This document shows positions 55,314-64,000 of a stretch of DNA of 64,000 nucleotides, piece after piece. Position numbers and translations under genes: made by a program. Source of the DNA: Auanema rhodensis (Eukaryota; Animalia; Nematoda); NCBI GenBank assembly GCA_964057225.1, contig OZ059898.1, positions 4,030,001 through 4,094,000 of the forward strand, given 5' to 3'. Each line of letters opens with the position of its first letter. The first letter of the stretch is position 1. The notes below the pieces were generated by a model. It ran no database searches. It saw only the letters and a list, made by a program, of their open reading frames with translations, and had not been told where the DNA came from.

Positions 55314-55975
55314 TCAAAATTTTTTTTTCTAATTTCTACAATTCATCGGTCACGTTTGTTATAAGCTAAGGTTTCATCTTGATTATCATTTTAAAATAAT
55401 AGGTACCAGGCTTCCAGAACCCTTATTTTCTACCTCGTGTATCTGTCAATAGAATAGCTTGATTTGGAAATATTGTAGGAATATCTCTTAATTTTCATTA
55501 AGATTAATCTTCTTCATGTAAAAGACGAGAATACTTCTTAATCGCTCAAAAACTGGTTTATCCTTACCGATTCATTCTTTCCTTTTGTTCACCATATTTA
55601 TTTATTTTGTAACTGATTAATAATTATAAAATCAATCACTATTTATTTTTAAATATGAATATTTAATGTTTTTATTTTCCGATTCAACTTACTATTTTTC
55701 ACCAAAAATATTTTTTTTTTTCATAGAAACTTCAATTTTTTTTTCCAATTTAAAGGCTTATTGAAGGGTGCTCATTTAAATAATATTTCTTTCGTATATT
55801 ATAGATTTAAATGAAATTTAATATTTTGTTTTTCTTGGATTATTCATTTTTTGATCGATTAGATGTCTGATTTTATGTTTTTCTCCGTTTCCTTTTTTTA
55901 TAAAAATTAATTCAGAATAAACATATTAAATCGAACTTCTTAAATTTATTAGTTGAGAATACATAGCTCTTGGCT

Positions 55976-57873
55976 ATGGTGAAAAAATCTGTCGAATATG
56001 GAGAGGAAAATAATCGTAAATTATGGACAAAGTTAGTTTCATGTTGAAATTAAATAAATAAATATTTGAAAATAAGGTCAGAGACTAAGATTTGGACAAT
56101 AACATTGTTCAGTGGAACATGTATGTTATATGCTGCTCGTGTTGCTTTGCCTATATCTGTTGCACAAGTGGGAAAAGAGTTTGGTTGGTCAAAAACGGAT
56201 TCTGTGAGTAAAACGCATTTTCAATTTAGTTTAATTACAATATTGAAATCATTTTAGGGAACATTTTTATCTTGCTTTTTCTGGGGTTACGCTTTAACTC
56301 AAATATTTGCTGGTGGCTTTGCTGATAGTTTAGGTGGTGAGAAGGTTGTGATGTTATGGTTATTTTTAAATTATTTTCTTGTATTCTCCAGATATTACCA
56401 TATAATACATTATGCTGGACATTGTTAACATTCTTCACTCCTCAATTGTTTGACTTTGCATATTGGACCGGTTTACCACTTTTAGTTATTCTTTTCACAA
56501 GAATTGCTACTGGCATTGGTCAAGGTATGAATGTTAATATATTCAATCAATATCTATGGTTCTGATTATTTTGGGAATTTTCAAATTTGAACAGCTTTTA
56601 CCGATTTCAAATTGTTTGTTCAGGTTTTCATTTGCCTTCTGTTGCTTCGCTTGTTTCTCGACATTTAACAGCTTCAGATAAAGGAAAAGTTTTCGGGGTA
56701 GTTTTAGCAGGATCACATTGCGGGTATCAAAAATTATTATTATTATAAACATATATTAACAATTGTTTAGAACAGTATTAGCTGGTTCGTTTGGATCATA
56801 TTTACTCGATGAATTTGGTTGGAGAGCTTTATTTCAATTTTTCGGTAAAAATAAGATTAGAATAGATATTGTTATTATCAGTAACAACGGTTTAAGGTAT
56901 AATTTCCTTGGCATGGTATTATTGGCTTTGTTATTTTTTGAAAAAGATTGATCGTACTCCTCTTCCCTTATCGAATGATAGTGAATATTTAATCAAAAAG
57001 GTCATTTAAGTCTGTTTTTGTTAAACTCATCTTGAAATGTATTTAGGGTCCTAGCATATATTCTAGTATCAGCACAACTACTGTGCCATGGAAAACATTA
57101 TTTCGGCATCCTGGGTTTTGGTATGTTTGTAATGAATGTTTCAATTTTGATTTAAGTGAATAATAGTATTAACTAATTATTAATTTTAGGGCAGCTGCAA
57201 TAGCTCAATATACAGGAGGTAATGCATATTTTACTATGTTTAATTGGCTACCAAGTTATTTCCACGAACTATTTCCTAATGCATCGGTATGAGCATCCAT
57301 TATTACTATGCTCAATTATACTTTTTAAGGGTATTATTTATAATGTTGTTCCTTCGTTAGCAATAGTTCTTACTTCGATGGTAGCACCTTATATGGCTAT
57401 TAAACTACTTGCAAATGGGCATTCAACAACAAGTACACGTAAACTAATGGAGGTACGATCTTTAAAACAAATTCTTTAATTACCATATTAACTAAAAAAA
57501 TTTATAACGTTAGTATGAGCACTTTAAGGGATTGTCTTTAATTGGAGTAGCTGTGTGTTTGTTCATTGTACCAGGAGCTCATTCATTTGTTGCGGCTTTA
57601 CTAATGTTCACATTAGCCATGGCTTCACGTGGACTTCATCATGGAGGTGTATCTGTTAATCCTCATGATTTTGCACCACATCATACTGGTTCTGTATTTG
57701 GCATATTTAATGCCTGCGGAGCTATTACCGGATTTATCGGAGTATATGTAGCAGGATATATTCTGGAAGCTTCCGATAACAACTGGTCTTATGTTTTCAT
57801 CATGACGGGTGTTCAATGTGTTGCAGGTGCAATCATTTACGGATTATATGGAACTGGGAATAAGATTATCTAA
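55976..57873 (+). CDS. SLC17A9: SLC17A9/VNUT-like MFS anion/nucleotide transporter
   Basis: WTITLFSGTCMLYAARVALP, GTFLSCFFWGYALTQI, WLPSYFHE and HHGGVSVNPHDFAPHHTGSVFGIFN motifs; about 11 exons; TAA at 57871-57873. Confidence 0.92.
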
Positions 57874-58271
57874 TTTTGCCTAACTAAACTTTCACGATTC
57901 ACAGTGTTATGAACTAACGTGTCATACCGTCCTTCTATAATATTATTTCATGGGTCATTCGTCATCCAGGATCACTTGTCATACAGAAACAAAACTCAAA
58001 TTTATCAACTAGCACTGTATAACCTAATATATAAATATTATTTCAAACGTCATAATACCAGCTAAGTATTACCAACTAATAGCAAGAAATTTGTATCGTT
58101 GGCTACGGGGTACATAAATATTTATTAATACAGTATGCAGTATATTAACTTTAACACTAAATATTTCTGTTCTATGCATTGTTATAATTTTTTTTAAATA
58201 ATCACATTATTTATTAATAAATGTTAATAATAACAAGATAATTTGTGGTTTATTATACTGGACATTGTAAT

Positions 58272-58802
58272 TCATCCTCTACGTCTTGTGAACTGAAAAG
58301 AAATATTAATAATAATGCAATTTTCTGTGGCATTTTACATCTGAGGATCTGATTTTTAAAACTTCTTGTGCCATTTCATCTATAAGCAAATCCATGCAAA
58401 ATGACCAATGTTCATATTCAGCTATTTCTTCCAACACAACTTTCTAAATGTCAATGTTATTAAGTAGATAATTTCAGATAGATAACTCGAGAAACTTACA
58501 ATTTTAAAAATGTAACGAAGTTGAACCTCTAATTCTGATAATCTTTGTGCACAATTAGCTTTCTCCAGTTTTGCTACAGTTGTAATCTCTCGTTCCGAAA
58601 CGGAAAAATCACGAATTAATATATTTAACTATAAATAGAATCATGTTTGTGTGTTTTTTAAATCACTTACATTTACTATTTCCCATATAACTTGATCTAT
58701 TTGTCTGTTAATGTGTTCTAGTCCAGTATATGCCAAATGTATATAAAATATTTTCCAAGATTCGATTAACTGTTGAAATGAAACATCAACATGCGCAGAC
58801 AT
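58272..58802 (-). CDS. Uncharacterised 128-aa helical protein (family member Q), paralogue of the palindrome genes
   Basis: Exons 58802-58671, 58628-58500, 58443-58339, 58292-58272 (44/43/35/6 codons, phase 0). Protein MSAHVDVSFQQLIESWKIFYIHLAYTGLEHINRQIDQVIWEIVN|LNILIRDFSVSEREITTVAKLEKANCAQRLSELEVQLRYIFKI|KVVLEEIAEYEHWSFCMDLLIDEMAQEVLKIRSSD|FTRRRG. Confidence 0.88.
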
Positions 58803-59109
58803 ATAGTTTCTGAAGAAAATTGAAGTAGAAAATAATATTGAGAATAGAAAAAACATAATATTGTAAAAACAATAAAGTAATACATTGAGTTTCGTATAGA
58901 ATATTAATGCTGCACTAACCTTAGAAGGAATTAGATAAAATCAACTGAACATCCATATATACCCTAGGCTATATTGATATCGGCAGGTATTGATGCTGTT
59001 GTAACCGGTGGATATAATTAATATAATTAGATCTAAATATATATAATATATTAAGTGATGTTCATAAATATTCAGCTACTTGGAAAATTTTATTTAAGAG
59101 TTAATTGAA

Positions 59110-60605
59110 CTAATCCAAATTATTTGCTGTAAGATATTCCAATAAAGTATTTTGCTCAATAGCTTCTTCAATTCTATTATAAACAGTATATATGTATTGT
59201 TGGTTAAAAATATCTGTATATTATGTAATAAATACCTACAAAAGAAATGAAGATTGTAAGAATTTTAGAAGCGATTGTTGTTTCATGATTCGATGAATTT
59301 GGGTAGCATTCAAATGTTGAAATTCATAATTTGTTGCCTTCTCTGCTACTAAGGGGCTAAATAAAAAAATTGTTCGAAATAAATTTAAAATTTTCCTTGC
59401 CAATTACTACATGATTTGTCTTCCTTATCAATGTTTGTTCCTACACATCTCTCAGCAATTTGTCGAGGTAAAGGCATATTTTTTGAAGTTGATCTAAATA
59501 GGATGATAATCACTTAATATTTCATTCTCATACTTTAAATGTACTCCGGGTAATGAACAGTCCGTTTTAACCATTTTATTTGGAAGAATATCTCCATCAA
59601 AGTTATCTTCTTCATGAAGCATAATCTGAAATGAAATAAGATACATCTAATTTAAATACAAAGCAGTATATTGAAACTTCAAAGTAGCTACCTCTACTAT
59701 AGCTAACTATTCCTATAACTGGCTTCGTTCATGCTCAAATAAGTATTGAGTTAAAATGTGTGCAAATTTGGCATTGCGAAAAAAGTTTAAAGACATAAAT
59801 TGGTAATAAGTTCATTCAAATACATACTTTATTTCATACCACATACAATTAAATGAACGCAAAAAGATGAGATACAGATCAAATAACAAATTAACAAAAT
59901 AGAACAAGTGAAAACAGCGATAATATATACAAGCAAATACTCTAATAGCATCGTAACATGTTACACACACCTCTTCTCATAGCAATTATAAAAGACAGAT
60001 ATCTGTCTTCATTTATGAAGAGTTTTGAAAAAAGTTATCCCCTTCGGCGAGAAAACTAAAATACTTTCCATATAATTGTCTTTTCTCCAGTATTTTGTTT
60101 ACCTCTGTTCCTTGCACAGAATTCATAGCCACACCGAGCATCTCAGCAAGTTGATCCATCTTATTTGAGCAACTCGTGTAATCAGGAGTCCTTAACAGGA
60201 CTTTTTTCTAATATATAAAATGATTATACTTGTTTAGTTATTTCTTACATACCACTGCCAATGTATACTCTAACTTCAATTCTAAATCAGCTAATCGTTT
60301 AGCACAATTATATTTTATGTTTATAGCTTCCAATGCTTTTTTTTTATCTGTGGAATAGAATTCAGCTATGAAGTTATTCAACTAAAAATATGAAATACAC
60401 AATTAGAGTGAGTCAAAAGATTTTAAACTAACTATTTTCAAATAAAATTTGAAATTTCACTTACATTAATTATATCCTTAACAACTTCCTGGATATTTCT
60501 TTTAAAATCCGTGATCCCGTGTTCAATAGAAAGAAGAAAACGTTCTTTCCATTGATGCTGGTCACTTTCGCTTTTCAATGAGGTATCTTCTCGTGTATTA
60601 TCCAT
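59110..60605 (-). CDS. Uncharacterised protein of about 246 aa (family member R): family domain plus C-terminal extension
   Basis: Exons 60605-60465, 60381-60253, 60207-60103 (47/43/35 codons, phase 0), then 59625-59534, 59493-59401, 59356-59240, 59173-59110. The last two exons need a GC-AG intron at 59400-59357. Confidence 0.75.
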
Positions 60606-63600
60606 TTCTTTTTTATTTCTCTACCAAAACGAGATACGTCCAAGTTTCATATAAATCAAAATACTAAAAAAGTTATGTAAGAATTAGATCTTATCTTTAT
60701 TGATTGAATAAGGAAACAAACATAATATAAACATTACTTCGAAATGCTAATTGAATATTTTGTGAGAAACAAACCAATGGGTATATTTTTAAAATCAAAT
60801 TAACGTTTATATGTAAACAATATTCTACGAATCGAATTATCTTTAAAAACATTGAAAAAAATGTTAAATTATTTAAAATTTAACAGATAGAAATTATAGA
60901 CTTAAAAAGCGCTGTTGACTATTTTATGCCTATTTGCGAAATTTGCGAGTGAAATTCCGTAAAAGGAACGACCACCCAAGATGATTTTCCGCAGTTAGCA
61001 TAAAATCCGCAAAATTGTAGATTAATTTTTTCATAAAATATAAACTTATAACGCTTCCTATCAATTATCATAGATACATAAAAATATAGGTTATTTATTC
61101 TTTAAATTTCTAGATAAAGTTGAATATAACAGAAAGTTATTTAGTTTTAAGCATATTGATATTACTTAGAAAACTAGTGTACGTAATCTTACGCGCTAAG
61201 ATTGATCATGACACACACCAAGGTTAAGCTCAAACGTTATAATTGATACTTCAAATCATACAATCTTACTCATTCAGTATTAGCAAAACCGAAATTTCAA
61301 ATGTATTACAGGCGGAATATAGCAAAAAAAATTTTATTACTGTTAAAATTATAATAGATGGTTGTTCTTATGTTGAAACATCCGGCAAACTCACTAAGTA
61401 GGTGCAATATTCGATGAATGTAACTATAGCATCTGTTTTGCACTTCACATCCGGGCGGCAGCGTTTCTCACACAGACTGTTTTGATTTACTGTTCTTCTA
61501 TCTCTGATACATCAAATAAAAATAAATTAACAAAAAAGAGATATATGTGAATTTCTAGCTATATTATTCATATGCAACTATGATTTAAGAGATGATCAAA
61601 GTTATAACTGTGCTCAAGCAATGATCCTACTCTTTTTCTAATTTTTTTAAGCAAAAATTTATAGAAAGTTTATTATTTTATCTTGAATGTTTTATTGTCA
61701 ATCAAAACGTATTAGTTTGCACTTCGGTATCATTAGTATATAATATAAGAAACTTAAAGCAAATTAACGAATAATTAAAATGAGACATAAAACATGAATA
61801 TTATGTTCTTAATTGAAAACTTTTCTAAAAATTATATATTTTCCTTCTGTTTACAAGTTATAATCGAATCCTTTGTCCGTTTATAGCCACTCCTGCATTT
61901 CTTCTTTTTGTATCGCATGTACACAAAAGAGCTCATACGGGTTCAAACTTGGGAAAAAGGACAAGAAGAATCGAACACACAGACAGAGGTGAACTGTTTG
62001 GTGGTCATAAAGAGGGGTTGTCTCCTCATTCACTGCAGTTTGGTGTCCTGATTTTTGGATATTGTATTCTGTTTTGTGATACTAAATGCTATATTGATTA
62101 ATATAATATGTCAACTATTAGTCAGTAGTTCATTATTAAGTTTTGTTTCAAATTTACGTTACATACCTTACACAGATTTACTAGTTCGATCCTTTGTAAT
62201 AGTTCGATAACTGTTCTATGTAGAATTATCATATTTCAATTGAATTGAATTGAACTTTAATTTTAAAATTGTGATGCGGAGAGAAAATAAAAATATCATA
62301 ACAGTACATATGTTCATAAACTTCTCTCTTCTGTATAAGTATTGTCAATATCCTGCTCCGGTCTTTCTAGTTATGCTAAATAGAATTAGTCATCATGAAA
62401 TGCCGATATATGTGTATACATCATAATCGATATAATTCTCATTTTTTCATTATAATTGAAATAATTTATCCTTTTTCTTAATCTCCTTCATACTATTTCT
62501 ACTTGTCATATCATAGCAGTGACAATCTGACTGATTTTCTTCTCCTGCTGTGATTTAGGGAAGGCGGGATCTGAAATATTCGTCTAACACCTGCTCAGAG
62601 AATTTCTTTGTATTATATGGTTAGAAGATTTACTTGTAAATAATTTTATTGGTTTAAGATTTTTCTTAGACAAGGATTATGTTACTCAGTTTTATTAATT
62701 TAATTCTATTCAAGTTTTAATCGACCAAACCTTTTTGTTGAGTTCCTTATAACAATGTTCTATAAGCAAGTTCTGTTAAATTGTTCCATGCCTTTCATGA
62801 AAAAACTTGTGTCAATATCATGAGAACCGTTTTTCAGAGCTCTATACAGCTGATGTATAGCGGCATGATGATATTTCAGAATGACATGCTTTATATTCCC
62901 ATTTTACTTACGTACTTACACTTCTCTTCACTTGTTAAATATTCCAATAGCCTATTTAACATCAGTCATGTCATTAATTTCACCATAAACACGTAATTCT
63001 ACCTCGGTTCAACTGTTTTTCTTATTCTTTTAAATTCTTTTTCTTTTCTTTTTTTTTCCTAGAAGACATTCATATCAGGCATGTAATGCATTATTCTTAT
63101 TTATTTCTTGTATTTCTTTTCTCTCTACACTCTTATACATATATGTACATATTCCACTAGTACTTGAGGTTTATACCATTTTTGCTTTTCGATTGATCAT
63201 CTCTAGTTGACCGGAACGCATTATCGCCATTTGTGGTTTTCGTCAACTAGCAAACTGAACAACATGAAAGGCTTTGTATCAATACAGATCTATCTTTAAT
63301 TCCAATGCTTTGAGCATTTTTCAACTTGTCAACTATTTATACTATTTCAATTCAGTTTGTCATACAAGAAATACTAAATAATATAAATTCGATTTGTAAA
63401 GTATTTTAAGTTCTTTTTGTTTAAATGTCTGAACATAATATAGTTAATACTATTTCTTTAGCTTTAACACAAACAGAGTTTTGAGTTTACTTGAAATGAA
63501 CGAATTCTCAATACTTTGATTGTGATACTGTTCAATCGTCAAGTTCAATATAATTTTGAATAAAGTATATAAAATTAAAAAATCATATATTATATTTTAA

Positions 63601-64000
63601 CTAAATATTATATATTTGGTTAATATATATATGCTCATTTACATACAAACCGTTTCAAATATTTTAAAGTGAAAATTAGCATAACGTTCACGTTCACGTG
63701 AAATATAAAAAATGTTTGTATCTCATTGTACAAAAATGGTTTGGCTTAACCGGTGGTGATGCAATCGAAATTTTAATGTGAGTTCTTTTAGTCTTTTTTT
63801 CCATATAAGCGTCTGATCCTTGTTTCGCATATCGCTTAAGTTTCTCGTTTTTTTTTCAAATTGTGGAAAAAAGTCGGTTTTATTCTGTTTAAGCTACTTT
63901 AAGCATGTACACCCCTTTCGCACTCTAGAGTTGTTCCTGGTTTCTTGTTTAGTTTTAAATATTTCTAATATTTTATTTTTTATAAAAAAAAAACAAAATA

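Noticed and set aside
63203-63250. CTAGTTGAC...GTCAACTAG stem-loop
   Set aside because: About 48 nt with a 9-bp perfect stem; too short for a pre-miRNA call and no recognisable RNA family.
60700-64000. Possible gene at the window end (ORF 62781-62996)
   Set aside because: No supported exon structure or recognisable protein; probably intergenic or intronic to a gene outside the window.

Overview
AT-rich, intron-dense eukaryotic DNA from a rhabditid-type nematode (40-60 nt introns, TTTCAG/TTTTAG acceptors, proteins close to C. elegans orthologues). The ORF track mostly shows exon fragments read through into introns, so I spliced the gene models by hand. Conserved genes: rabphilin rbf-1 (+), a permuted papain-like YiiX/C92 amidase (-), a Dachsous-type cadherin cdh-1 (-) with OSCP1 (+) nested in its 5.3 kb intron, a divergent REEP/Yop1, two EF-hand genes, arrd-15, tRNA-Lys(CTT) and SLC17A9/VNUT. 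Main discovery: a family of small helical proteins I cannot assign, with four genes in the window, three of them invisible in the ORF track. They share a 44(47)/43/35-codon, all-phase-0 exon layout and align without gaps at only about 23% identity. Two identical copies sit head-to-head in an 849-bp-arm palindrome (35705-37503). Two divergent paralogues lie in tandem at 58.3-60.6 kb, and one carries a tail resembling the light-chain-binding segment of dynein intermediate chain. Other oddities: a Merlin-like MITE upstream of cdh-1, an ACBD5-like tail-anchored protein with no acyl-CoA-binding domain, a disordered protein with a possible degenerate macrodomain, and a 73-nt intronic hairpin whose apex is an X-box-like site. 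All similarities were judged by eye or from memory; no database searches were run.
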